From Haliotis rufescens (lineage: Eukaryota): DNA of 64,000 nucleotides. The notes beneath the pieces were generated by a model, which saw only the letters and a program-made list of their open reading frames with translations, did no database searches and was not told the origin of the DNA. Positions 1 to 12,699 of the stretch are shown here, piece after piece (position 1 is the first letter of the stretch; every line of letters begins with the position of its first letter). The translations under genes were made by a program, and so were the position numbers. The stretch covers positions 37,634,001-37,698,000 of the forward strand of contig NW_025964334.1 in assembly GCF_023055435.1 (NCBI RefSeq). The letters are read 5' to 3'.

Positions 1-672
1 GATTACGCTTCCTTACGTTTGAACATGTTACACATATTGTACCCGACTTATTGTGTTTCAATTGTTCGCGTATCAGGATCTCAACATTCTTTGAGAGTGT
101 TCTTCCTATCCTGTCTACGAGTTGTTTGTTTTTATTGTGTTTTTTTGTTTTTGTTTTTTTGGTCTTACGACTCTTAACTGTGTTACTGTATTAAGTATAG
201 TACCACTGTTAAGTTCCAGCTTCCTCGTAAATATCCTACGGTTGTGATCTATAGACAAGGGAGTTCCGCCCCACCATCCAACCGTGCATAGTAAAATGCA
301 AAGTGCGAGATAGGATAAGTATAAAAAATCTAAAATGTTATTATTAATTGTATATTTATATACTTATCCTATCTCACACGTTATATGCCCACCCGTCCAT
401 CCAATTCCTTAGTTTATATGCTCTTGAAAGAGAATGAGTTGACTAGGATAGACACGTGATCAGTGCAAGTAGGTCAACCAGCATGCATAGCGCGCATGAC
501 CCAGATCTGGGAGGTGACCGTGGCGATGTAAGGTATGACAGGGTTAATTAACTTTAGAAGCTGGAAACTTTTATTTCAGATACGCTTCCACTCAGAATCG
601 AAAGAAGAAAGAGAAATACATAGTCTGAGATAGGATAAGTATATAAATATACAATATATAATAACATTTTCA
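1..672 (+). mobile_element. 3' end of a DIRS-like (tyrosine recombinase) retrotransposon with ICR and right terminus
   Basis: GAGATAGGATAAGTATA (307-323) is inverted at 359-375. 626-671 is approximately the reverse complement of 332-376. 213-323 is homologous (inverted) to 12752-12861, which adjoins DIRS coding remnants. Confidence 0.6.
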
Positions 673-674
673 AG

Positions 675-934
675 TTTGTTTGTTTGTTTGTTTGTTGTTT
701 AACGCCACACTCACCAATAATCCAGCTTTATGACGGCGGTCTGTAAATAATCGAGTCTGGATGATCGACATCATGAACATCGACCCACGCCATTTGAATA
801 CGATGACATGCATCAACCAAGTCAGCGAGCCTGACCACCCGATCCCGTTAGTCGCCTCTTACCACAAGTATAGTCGCCTATTACAGCAAGCATGGATTGC
901 TGAAGACCTATTCTATCCCGGACCTCTACGGGTC
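675..934 (-). mobile_element. SINE family A (non-tRNA head, simple-repeat tail), full-length copy
   Basis: Homologous to copies at 10985, 24590, 42962, 54305 and others. (TTTG)n tail on +. The 5' end on - is GACCCGT. Confidence 0.85.
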
Positions 935-1206
935 CAATAGTTTCAAGTAGGTTTCACACAATTTAGCTGACGTGTACCTGTTACGTAGTAACCTTTGAAT
1001 ATCGGCAATTCTAATATGTGTAGGTGAGTGTATGCTTTCCTGCACACAATACGAATTTTTACATGCAGTTTACTTGTCAGATCTTTTGCCGATGTTGTCC
1101 CATTCCCACCAGAGTCATCCATGCCAGATTTGTTTTCATCCTGAATTGTTTGTTCCTCGAACAAGCGTCATGTGATTGACTGTACTTTCATCTGTGATGG
1201 AAAATA

Positions 1207-2086
1207 TACTCAACAGCAAAAGTTCCTGTGACACCAATATTTTAGTGTATTTTTCATACAAGTAAAGTTTGGTTTTTAATATTGTAGTACGTGTATGGAA
1301 TCAAGTCACAAAAACGCAACTGCTACAGAAAAGCATGCATTCCATGCAAAAAAATACTTTTATGCAAGCCCCGTGCATTTCACTACCCAAGAATGGGTAT
1401 AAAAAACAACAAAATTACGCAATTGGAATGCTTGAAGCAGGATCGAGTCAACGTGATGTTGCAAGACAATTTAACGTCCACAGAAACACCATTTGGTGTT
1501 TATGGCAACGTTGGCAACAGGCGAATGCAGTCAGAGACCATCCTCGGTTGGCGTCGTCATGGCCCAGGCATTACCTTTCAACATGACAACGCCCGGCCTA
1601 ATATTGCTCGACTTGGTCAGGATTCTCTTCAACTAAACAACGTGAATGTCATCCCCTGGCCGGCTCGCTCCCCTGATCTCTCACCAATCGAGCACATGTG
1701 GGAGGAGATGGATCGGCGCCTTCGACGTCAACCACGTGTTCCACAGACACTCCAGGAACTTCTAAACATGCCCCAGCAGATATGGACAGATATCCCGCAG
1801 GACTTTGTGCGACGCCTGGTCCATTCCATGAGACGAAGATGTGTTGCTTGCATCGCATCCAGAGGTGGACACACACACTATTGATTTGTAAATTGACATT
1901 TTGGCATGTGCATGTTATTTTTTTATGAAATCAGGCATTTTCTGAAGTCAGTATTGCAAATTAAACAATTTGAACACTTACATGAGTCTTTTATCTGTTG
2001 CATACCGAAATTGTTTCAGATTTGGTAAAAAACATAACTTTGCATTAAATCTTATTCAATGTCACAGGAACTTTTGTTGTTCAGTA
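1207..2086 (+). mobile_element. Internally deleted Tc1 DNA transposon
   Basis: TIRs TACTCAACAGCAAAAGTTCCTGTGACA / TGTCACAGGAACTTTTGTTGTTCAGTA flanked by TA. The N-terminal HTH (AIGMLEAGSSQRDVARQF) is joined to the C-terminal FQHDNARP..WPARSPDLSPIEHMW. Confidence 0.92.
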
Positions 2087-2655
2087 TATATTTTCATATA
2101 TAGATCTTCATGCTAAACGTTGTATTTTCGAAGCTTATATTCACTATTTATTTCCTCATCAAACCGTTCAAGACATCTCTCATCCGATTATTGGCCGTTA
2201 ATGTGGATCAACAGATTCTCATCTCCACTGTTCCTTGAAACTGACACCACCTTATCTATTCTGTCAATAACCTTTTTCTTTTATATGACGCTTATCTGAA
2301 TATGCGTGCGTATGCTCGTGTGTTTGTATATGTGATGTGCTTGTGTGGTATTTTATTTTTTATTACATATGGATGGAGGAAATAAAGGAAAAAATACTTC
2401 ATGAAGTCATGAATATGGCAACGTTGCAATTGCATTGCAATGAGTACAACAAATCACAGCAATTGTGTCAATCGCCTGTACACCGGCAAACATGGCGTGT
2501 CATCATTGCGGAACCATGGTAAGACAATACATGAGTTGAGCACAGAAAGGATAGTTGGTTGGTTGCATTGGGTCCGGAAACCCTTAACGACACATACTGC
2601 AGCAGACAGTCAGATATCGGTCAGTGTGGCGTCACGACTGTGGAACTTCGATCTA

Positions 2656-3925
2656 CGAGGGGCGATTGATAAGTTGTGAGCCGAATGAGTGTGGTACGGA
2701 TGAATTCCTTTGTGGTGGTGATAGACTGATCAAGTACAGTGACATACACAGGAGGATGGTTGTAGTGGACACATTATTTAGTTTCGTATAAGCTATTGAC
2801 TGCAAGGGGGGTTATGAGGTGACTTAAAATGGAGAAACAGGAAAAGCGAGCTGTTATCAAATACCTTTACAAGAAAGGCTTAACACCCAATGCCATATAT
2901 GAGGATATGTTATCCACTCTAGGGGAGGATGCCCCGTCATATGCAACAGTGAAAAGATGGGTGGCAGAGTTTAAATGTGGGCGATTGAGCACTGACGATG
3001 AACCCCGTCCTGGTCCACCTGTTGTGTCGTCAACACCTGAAATGGTACTGCGAATCCTGGACATAGTCATGGACGACCGACGAGTGACAGCGACAGATAG
3101 ACAACTTAGTGGACATCTCTCAGGAGCGAGTGCATTTCATTCTGACAGATATTCTAGGAATGCACAAGGGTTCTGCTCGATGGGTCCCCAAACTGTTGAC
3201 AGCTGATCAGAAACGTCAAAGAGAGAATCTCTGAAGGGAGAACCTCAAGCTTCTTGAAGGTGATCCAGATAACTTTCTCAAACGATTTGTTACAGTGGAC
3301 GAAACATGGTTCCACCACTTTGAACCTGAATGAAAACAACAGTCTAAACAGTGGAAACATGTCACATCTCCTACTCCAAAGAAAGCAAAGTCTGTGCCTT
3401 CAGCTGAGGAAAGTCATGGCATCCGTGTTTGGGGATTTTGAAGGTGTGATCATGGTTTCCTAAAGGCCGCACTGTTACAGGGACTTACTATGTGGAACTT
3501 CTGAGACAGTTAAGAGAGAAAATCAAAAGTTACGCGACGTGGAAAGTTGTGCTTTATCATCACGACAATGCTCCAGCACACACATCACTGATAGCAATGG
3601 CCAAAATCCATGAGTGTGGCTTTGAATTTCTCCAACATCCACCTTATTCACCTGATTTGGCTCCGTCGGACTATCGTCTGTTCCCACAGTTGAAAAGGCA
3701 TTTAGCTGGAACTCATTTCCAGTCAGATGATGACGTCATTACAGCGGTCAACAACTTTTTGAATGACCAAGAAGTTGACTTCTACAAAAGGGGCATAATG
3801 GCATTGCAACATCGCCGGCAGAAGTGTGTTGAACTTAAAGGGGACTATGTCGAAAAATAAAAAGCTTTGGTATCAAACTGACTTTGTTTCCTTTGTTAGG
3901 CTTAGAACTTATGAATCGCCCCTCC
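2656..3925 (+). mobile_element. Full-length mariner (DD34D) element; transposase pseudogene at 2829-3860
   Basis: TIRs CGAGGGGCGATTGATAAGTT / AACTTATGAATCGCCCCTCC with TA TSD. Motifs WVP, TVDETW, HHDNAPAH and PYSPDLAPSDY are split across frames with stops. Confidence 0.95.
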
Positions 3926-4149
3926 TATAGGCAAACAGGAACGTTGTGATAAGACGCGGTCGTGAAGGGAAGCCCAAAACCAAACCTCGTGAAGATCGCG
4001 AAAAAAGACTCTTAGCTTAACGGAATCTCTATACATCAGACGTCGTGACTGTACGAGCCGTAATCGCCTCAAATCGTAGGTTCCCAAAAGTCGTCGTCAT
4101 CTGGTAGGCATCAGAATGACAAATACACATAGACGTTTTCATTTATGGT

Positions 4150-4670
4150 GGTACGGTAGCATGGATTTGTAGATTTACGCTAATGGTGTCATTTCATGTT
4201 GAGTCCAGATGGTCGCGTCCGCGTTGGGCAGCAGTTCCACGACCGTCACATGCCATGCAGCATAAAAACGCATGACAGATGATGAGGGTCTGTGATTGAG
4301 TTGCGCGGGATCACGTTTGGGATTACAGGACTGACCTCATTCGCCTCCATGGCTGGGTGACTGGTATCTGCTACCGTGGAGGCCAGTTGCGGGACCGTTT
4401 GCGGGCGGGGCGACTGTCTTCACACTGCTCAGGTATCCATGTATGTTGCACAAATCCAACAGCTAAACTGGGGTTCCAAAAGTTTCGACTTCAGCCCCAT
4501 TAAACATCGGAGGTCGTCGTTTCCAAGACTATGTACGACAGCCTCCGATGAACAGTATTTAGCTCTCCAAGATGAATGGCTAGGCATTCCAGAAGCCACC
4601 ATCGGGAGCCTCATACGGAGCATGCCTAAACTGTGCCAGGCGTTACTCGCGTTGTTAACATTCGGAATTA
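4150..4670 (+). pseudogene. Heavily decayed Tc1 transposase fragment
   Basis: Remnants resembling DGRVRV, W.SKSFDFSPIKH and ALQDEWLGIPEATIGSLIRSMPK. Confidence 0.6.
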
Positions 4671-6559
4671 TGACACCACAGTATGTTCGTTTTGGTCAAG
4701 CGTTCCCTTGTTTTTGATAAAACATCTATAAAGATTTGCCAAAAACCCATGGGTGATGAGCGAGATCTATACAAGATGTTAATGTATTTATATTTTGTAT
4801 GATTTGCCGAAAGTGTGATCATAATAATCTCACCTGGTTACCTAATGCTAGTGTATCAACTTACGTAATAGTATTTTGCTTAGCAAGACTCTCAGCTCTA
4901 TGAGGTTATGAGGCACCGATGGTAAAGATTTATCAGCTTATATGAACATAAATCAATGCGAACCCAATTTCATCCTTTTTTAGTACCGATAATATGATCG
5001 TATATAAACTATTCCAATGCATACCCTTCATATCAGAAATGATACATAACTTTCTAAGGCATGTAAACATTTGAAAATTTACATAATAAATATTTGGATC
5101 TAAATTCATTATAGCGTGGTTAGATCTAGAAGTAACGTAGCTCTTCCATGAAACTCTTCAACTCCTAAATAAGTTTACAATCAGAAAAGGAGAAAACAAA
5201 AAAAAATCCTCTGATCTCATCTCATTTATGTCGTGGCCTGTTTCTCATCGGAAACCATTAGTCCAATGTAGCTGAAATGATGACAACCCAGTATGTTAAA
5301 GGGGTCAAACCTAAATTTCAACATGGCCGCAACGGAAGATTTTTTGTCCAAATGTAATAATACATATGTACCATTGTATCCGATAATTTAACGTGAGACC
5401 TTAGTACTTAGACCATGCTCCTAAATTACCTCAAAATGCATTTCCTCTACTGAGAAACAAATTGACCAATGACGTTGAAACATGCTCGTTCCAAACAAAG
5501 ATGTCACCTGAATTTGTTCGAATCCGATGTTATGTCACATATGAAACGCTATTCATAGTCATTGCTCTAAAATGTAAGGGAATTGTGTGAATATTTCTAT
5601 AGTGACATGGAGGGGGACACACCTAATCCTAGTGTTGTATGCAGCATAAGCTGTGATATGTTATTAAATGTTGCCATTACAAGAAACCCCACTGACATTT
5701 TATTCAGTGCAATGCACCCGGGACAATGTAGTCATATAACAGATGAATACCCCCTGCCTGTACGCACTTCTTTTTGTATTTATAACACAAGTGTCAATAG
5801 CAGAGTAACTTTTCAGAATAAATCCTACATTCAAGCACAGCTTTTGTATTTTCGTTTAATGTATTCCCGGGCACGCGGACTTTCTGTGGTCTCACTGGCA
5901 ACACTGTGTGCATCCGGGACCTGTTATATAAGGGGTGGTATAACCATAGCCAGGCTATGACACATGCATAAGTACTCGTGTGTTTTACAGAGTGATTGTA
6001 TCACTGGTGATGAATAAGGATGTTTTTGTAATAATTCTCATACATATTTACCCTAACTGGCGTTACATTGTATTCACACAAAACGTAACATAGTCTTCAT
6101 TGTCTGATTTAATATGTTCTGAGTTGACTTATGTATTTCAATTTCTATATTCTTTCAATGCATCATAGATAGATGATCGTACGCCAGTTATGTATAGCTG
6201 AATATGTCAGGGTTGTGAAAATTCTCTGATGATGTGTAAGTTCTTACTGCGTATGTTCAACCGTAAACAACATTGTGTTCTGTAGCACTCTCACCCTCGA
6301 TTAACACTGGTGAGTACGTGACCGTGTTCAGTCAGGTACTAGTACCTGAAACTGTATGTTGCATTGTGCCATGTCAAGAATCGAACCTCCGGTTTTAACG
6401 CTTTAACTGTAGGTTTAATTTTAATTTACAATAATAAAAGATTCACGTACATATGTACCTGAAATCAGAATACTGACACCGACAATAACATCATCAGCTG
6501 CTTTAGTTTCCATATACATGTGAAAATGAAATACAAGTGCTACCAAACTTTCTGTAGCA

Positions 6560-6680
6560 TGGACTGGCTCTCGGTATTAAGGACACAGAATAAGACATGA
6601 CTGGCTCGGAGTCAGTATGTATGTCTGAGTGGGGAACCATGTTTAAACTATGGCATGGTATCTCAGTGCGCGTGCACAAA
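6560..6680 (+). mobile_element. SINE family C internal fragment
   Basis: Matches the body of the 27141-27492 SINE (GACTGGCTCGGAGTCAGTATG..GTCTGAGTGGGG). Confidence 0.6.
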
Positions 6681-8409
6681 ATATTCTGTGACACCATTTC
6701 AGCTAACCTGCAGCATGGGAATTTTGAAATACTCATAGGAAATTAATGGAGTTTATATCACGGGGCACATCTCGCGGAACGTCTGAAGGTTTCAAAATAT
6801 CTTAACCAATAACACATAAACCTTATAAAGTTTGCCAACACAAATGAGACGTGTCTAGTGTTACTCCCATGTGTTTAGGAACAGTCACATACAACTTTGA
6901 AACTCTGTTCACAAGTGCTTTTATTGCCACTCGAGTGTAAACGACAGCAATCTCAGTCAGGTGTGAGATTCAATTACTCAAACATGTGAGTGACAAGAGG
7001 GGTATTCATGTCTTATTATTGTCCCATCCAAGTATGTGTAGCTTGGGTTGTATCAGCACACATTTCAACTGACTTCAGACGTGTTCTGCAGCGAATCTGC
7101 CAACACTGTTGACGGGATTGACTTACAAAAACGAATACAGCAGTAACCAAACCACATTCAATAAAAGAAAGGCGGGTTTGCTGAAAAGTAAAAGGGGCAA
7201 CTCGCTGATTTAGGCTTTCGGTCTGCTTGGTTATTCCCGAGGAAAGCATGAATCATTTGTCTATCATAAGAGATGTGTAAACATGTGTCATTGTGTAATC
7301 CTTTGAATGTTTCTGTAATCCTTTGAATGTTCCAGAAGCAAAATTGTTACACAACATATTGAACTTTTTTTCTTGCAGAAAATGACATCCATTAATATAC
7401 CATTTTCATTGAAAGGTGAAGTGACAAGACTGCTGCTTCATCGATTAAATGTTATAAGGTACGTTTTTTATTATGTATGTTTGAATTTTCTTAACTTTCC
7501 TCCATAATAACTTTATATAATATCAATTTCATAATGCTTTCATTCCATTTGAATGTCATTTAAGTCAGGAGAACCTAACGACTTGCCACTCCTGTCAGCT
7601 GGTCTATTTGATCAAACATTGAAACATATAAAAGGTGTTAGAAACACCGTATTTGAATTTTGGACTGACGCATCATATTTCCCTTCTGTTAAGGAAATCT
7701 AAGGAAATCATGTGTTGTCGTTTACATTTAATTAGAAACAAAGACCTATTACTTTCCATACCCCTGCAATCTGTACTCCCGGTTCTACCAGTACACTATT
7801 ACATTTACGTGGGCCCCAATGTATACCTCAAAATCCTGTTACATTTTACTTACTGGGTAATTTTGACATATCACAATTTCCATCTGTCCGAGTCAATCAA
7901 TTGTATTGAATAAGTTGTCGTTTACATTTAATTTGTAATAATTCCGAAATATCAATTTTTCCACGTACCTGTCAAACTTGTACTTCCGTCTCATCAGAAT
8001 AGAGAGACACAGAAGGAAGTCGTTACAGGATATTTTTCACTTTATAACCAGTCATTACGAGTGAAACTATCAAAGAAGGCAATACAAAAGCGTTTACACA
8101 AGAATGACTGTCATATATGGGTAGTTCAGTGTAAACAACCATCTCTTATCAAAATCGGTTTAAGCGGAGGGCTGCTGCCAGATGCCACCTTCAGTGGACC
8201 TTCAATGGACTGAAACACAGGATGCGGTAAGTTATGACCAGAATGATGTTGTTATTTTTTTAGATAATGTAGAAAGGTGAAAGTGAGAGCCCTATTGTAA
8301 TAGTTCTGTTTATATATTATTATTCCTTATTCCGCCCTTTTATGTTACAACTGTGACTTCAGCAGCAATCACCAGAAGGCAGACCAATGGGAACTAGTGC
8401 ATACAATTA

Positions 8410-8700
8410 ATAGCGACAAAACCCTGTCCATGTTCATAAGAAATCTCTGCCAAGCAGAGTCGATTTTACCATTCCAACTATATCATGAGCATGTGTTTAT
8501 GAATCATTATCAAATAGTGATGATACCAAATGCTCGCGAAACTGTGAGCGTATCCTGCTTCACCGGTGGCACCCGTCACAAACACAGGCAATTGTTCACC
8601 TGAAAAACACGAGATGTCCTCCACATGTCTACCATAAAACTTTTTGAAAGCTTTACTGAGGGCTTGAATGTTGAAATCTTGATCGAACGACATCATCGCC
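8410..8700 (-). mobile_element. Penelope-like element, C-terminal RT/thumb remnant
   Basis: Fragments resembling QDFNIQALSKAFKKFYGRH and a SQFARI-like motif. Confidence 0.5.
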
Positions 8701-9069
8701 CTTCTCTATCTTCTCTTTCGTAAACGATCACGTTATTCCATGTTGGAACTTGAACAGCGAAATGAAAACAACTGCATACATGTTCTTTTGTTCCCCTTTT
8801 CAACCTGTCAAGCTTACATTAAGCCAAAAAGCCAAAAATGGAACAATGAATCCCATCCATTGCCCTCAGGCTGGAACAATTTATATGTTTCTTAAATTTT
8901 GACTGTCCCAGCCTTAACATTTCTGGAAAAATGCCAAAATCCCTTAACCGCTACTGTGCTGTTATGTTCATATATAACTATCTCGCTTATGTCATCGATG
9001 AACTGTTGAACCGATAACTTTGCAGCAATGACAAATAACCGATCATATTATTCCGAAATAAGCCAACTA

Positions 9070-10652
9070 TACACATGCACAAAAATTAAGCGCCACTATA
9101 TTCATAGTCTCTTGATTTCACGTGTGGGAATCCGAAATACGAAATATGATGACGTATGACTGAATTAGGCTTCCATAGTTTCATGAACCCAAATTTGGCC
9201 AGATACCTCTAGGAAAGCGTGCATTACGTGTTGCTGCAGTTCCCCTACCCTATAAATAGTGAAATTCAAGTTTCAGACACGTGGTTGCATTTTGCTCCTG
9301 TGTGGGATTTCCCTTCCAATAGAGGTTGAAAATCAGCCATGGTGAGGAGAAAGTTAACGAACGCTGAAAGATGGCAAGTGATAGGCTGAAAAATGCTAAC
9401 ATGTCATGCAGGGCCATTGCAAGACAAATGGGTCGTCATCACAGTGTTATCACTCGTTTGATTGTAAAACATGGTCAAACCAATGGTAGGCCAAGAAAGA
9501 CCTCTAACAGAGAGGATAGACGTCTTTTCAGGATAGTCAGACGAAATCCATTTGCCACTTCAACAGATTTAAGACTGCAGTGGATTACCCATCAGACACT
9601 CTCGATGATGACCGTAAGGCGTCGCCTCAGAGCGGCTGGTTATAACGCCAGAAGACCAGTAAAACGTCCTCAACTGACTGAGAGGCACATGAGGAATCGT
9701 CTGATATGGTGTCGTGCCCGTAGTCGATGGAACTTGGACAACTGGAGAAGGATCCATTGGTCTGACGAGTGTTGAATGCTGCTACGAACTGTTGATGGTC
9801 GAATACGTGTTTGGAGGCAACGTAACACTCGTTTTGCACCAAGGAACATCCAGAATACCTTAGCATGTGGCGGGGGGTCTGTCATGATATGGGGTTGTGT
9901 TTCCTTCGGCTGCAAACTTCCGCTGGTGACAATTCGTGGAAACCTGAATGGCCAACAATGCCAAGATGCCGTTCTTCGTCCAGTGGTAGTCCCTCATTTT
10001 GACAACCATCCTCTTCAGACAAGACCTGTTTACATGGACGACAATGCTAGACCACACAGATCTCGGGCAGTTTGACGTATTTGCGTCAAGAAGCTATTAC
10101 CACTCTTCCTTGGCCGGCCTGTAGTCCGGATCTTAATCCGATTGAGCATCTGTGGGAAAGTTTTGGCCGAAAATCAGACATCGTGATCCCCCAGTTCAAT
10201 ATCTCGCTGGACTTCATGAAGAATGGATCCGTTTGCCTCAGAGAAACATTCAACGACTTGTAATGAGTATGAGGCGTAGGGTTGAAGCTGTGGTCAATGT
10301 CCGTGGATCATAAACACGTTACTGACGTTTTTGTCTTGCAATAGACTCTGCACTCCCTAGGGTGTCTATGTGACACCTGATATGGTCTGCTGATATCATG
10401 ACAGTTACATGACAAAAAAAGTTTTTCAATGTTTTCTAATCCTACATTTTCTGGTCTTCGGTAAAATTCCTTTCTGCTCATATTCTTTTGGAACACAAGA
10501 TAAACTTGCTTTGGGACAACTTTTGCATCACATGAGTTTTACATATGCGGCTTGTAACAATCGTACATCTCGTTATAATAGTCATCATTAAGTGCCAAAA
10601 GTAACACCTCACAAATATGGTGGGTGGCGCTTATCGTTTAAGCTTGTGTTTA
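9070..10652 (+). mobile_element. Near full-length Tc1 element with a disrupted transposase (ATG about 9339)
   Basis: Paired-like HTH, IHWSDE, GGGSVMIWG, MDDNARPH and WPACSPDLNPIEHLW. Degenerate TIRs share an AAGCGCCAC / GTGGCGCTT core. Confidence 0.9.
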
Positions 10653-10749
10653 TTACGACTGTCAACACGAGTGTCAACTAACCGTGGCCGTGTACTTGGT
10701 CCCACCTAGCAAAGGAAAGCACAGCCAGTTCACGGAAATACAGGTACTG

Positions 10750-11300
10750 TAAGTAGCATCGCGGAACACTATTTGTGCTCATGGGGATGCCAACTTCTTG
10801 CCTTAATGTCTTACCACAAATTTGTACATAGGTGTTATCTATGAGGAAGTCCAGCATTTCACATACTGTTTTCTCAGTAAACTTCAGATGGCATTTGCTT
10901 TCAATTTTTACAAATTGACATGAACCTCTGAAGAAAGATATGTAACTATATCCTTTATTACCGCGTTCTGTAACAAAAGCCGAATGGTTGGTTAGTTGGT
11001 TGGTTTGTTCTTTAACGCCGCAATATTCCAGCTATATGACGGCGGTCTGTAAATAATTGAGTCTGGACCAGACAATCCAGTTATTAATTCATGAGCATCG
11101 ATCCACGCAATTGGGATCGATGACATGCATCAACCAAGTCAACGAGCCTGACCACCCGATCCCGTCAGTCGCCTCTTAGAAAAAAGCCCCATGGATCAAG
11201 GAATGAAGTGTTTACTTAAGTTTATCATGTGGGATAGTGGTCTACAAAGCTGAAAAATCAAATGTTGAAAAATCAATTTTTGTGACATAATTGAACCTGG
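10750..11300 (-). mobile_element. Penelope-like reverse transcriptase fragment interrupted by a SINE
   Basis: The minus strand reads STFDFSAL*TTIPHDKLK and, past the SINE, CEMLDFLIDNTYVQICGKTLRQEVGIPM. These are Penelope-type RT motifs. Confidence 0.8.
10985..11178 (-). mobile_element. SINE family A, 5'-truncated
   Basis: Homologous to 24590-24862, with a (TTGG)n tail. Confidence 0.85.
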
Positions 11301-11817
11301 CTATTTTCTGACATTCATTGGTCGCAGGACTAAGTGCAGATAATTCAACAATAGTTAACTTAAAACGGTTCACCATGAAGCTCCTCAGCAGCTCGGCACG
11401 TTTTAGCTGGATGATATGACTGTCACTTTTATGTTCTTTGGCTTTCTTTGGTGATTTGTGCTTTCTTAATGGATGTAAGGTTTTCTCACTTCTGTTTGAG
11501 CTCTTTCCGGGTATGTATGTCTTCTCCGATGAAACGGATCCATGTACAGTTAGATGTGGGCGAAGCCAAAGCACTAATCCTTTACACCATAGAGCCAAGG
11601 ACAATGGGGCTGGATAACCTTTCCTTCTGCCGCACTACCCTGTAACCTCGTGACTTATGTGCTGTGTTTTACGATCATTTCCATTGTCAGAAACGGGTTC
11701 TGGGCATGACAGCTTTTACACCTCCTGTAAGTCAGTTGTCCGATTTTGTCCCCTGTGTATATAGACTATTATTGTTGAGTACATACAGAGTCATAGCTCT
11801 CAATGCTAACAATGAAA

Positions 11818-11979
11818 GGGGCGGTCGGGTAGCCTAGTGGTTAAAGCGTTCGCTCGTCACGTCGAAGACCCGGGTTCGATGCCCGACATGGGTACAATAT
11901 GTGAAGCCCATATCTGGTGTCCCCCGCCGTGATATTGCTGGAATATTGCTAAAAGCGGCGTGAAACCATACTCACTCAC
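11818..11979 (+). mobile_element. tRNA-derived SINE family B
   Basis: A box TAGCCTAGTGG, B box GGTTCGATGCC and (CTCA)n tail. TSD AACAATGAAA at 11808-11817 and 11983-11992. Confidence 0.9.
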
Positions 11980-12476
11980 GCCAACAATGAAAAAGCAGTA
12001 ATTAAAAACAACATATTTTGAAGCTAATATTCCTCAACTGCTCACCCAATATGTGTCAGTTTGGGCAGTGTATAGTATCATTAGATGCCCGTCACCTTTA
12101 GTTGTTTCGCTTAGGTCATACGTCATGTACTTTTCAGCCATTTTGGATTCCAATTTATGAGTATGCAATTTTACGGTTGGCAGAATCAAGCATCTGGCAA
12201 TGTTCTCCTCAGAACCCAACTTCTTGAAACTATTCTGTATATGGTTTCCATACGTCCTACACCAACTTATGATCTGACATTTTTCGAAAATGTCATTTTG
12301 TTTAGACATGCCTACCCTTTTCGTGAACAGCTGGTGTTATTTCTGAGTATCAGTGAGCCATTCATATTATTTTAACTGTTATTATGCGTGTTACGCCCAA
12401 TGTAAATGGAATCTGTTTGGTGTCCACCTGGTTACACTAAGACATCATTCTCACGCAATCCACTTTCTAGTCTAAC

Positions 12477-12560
12477 ATGTGAAGCCCATTTCTGGTGTCC
12501 CCCGCCGTGATATTGCTGGGATATTGCTAAAAGCGGCGTAAAACCATACTCAGTCAGTCA
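12477..12560 (+). mobile_element. SINE family B, 5'-truncated
   Basis: 3' half nearly identical to the 11818 copy, flanked by a TCTAGTCTAACA direct repeat. Confidence 0.8.
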
Positions 12561-12699
12561 GTCTAGTCTAACACTCAATGGGTTCATTCGCTTCTCTATC
12601 TCACTTCAATTTTTTTTTGATGAACTTCATTGAAGTAATTTTCCAACTGCTTCACAACAACAATCACAATGTTACCAAGTATCCACGTTGGGTGGGCAT

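Noticed and set aside
11818-11895. Functional tRNA-Asp gene
   Set aside because: It continues into a SINE body and tail with a TSD, has multiple copies, and the stems are imperfect.
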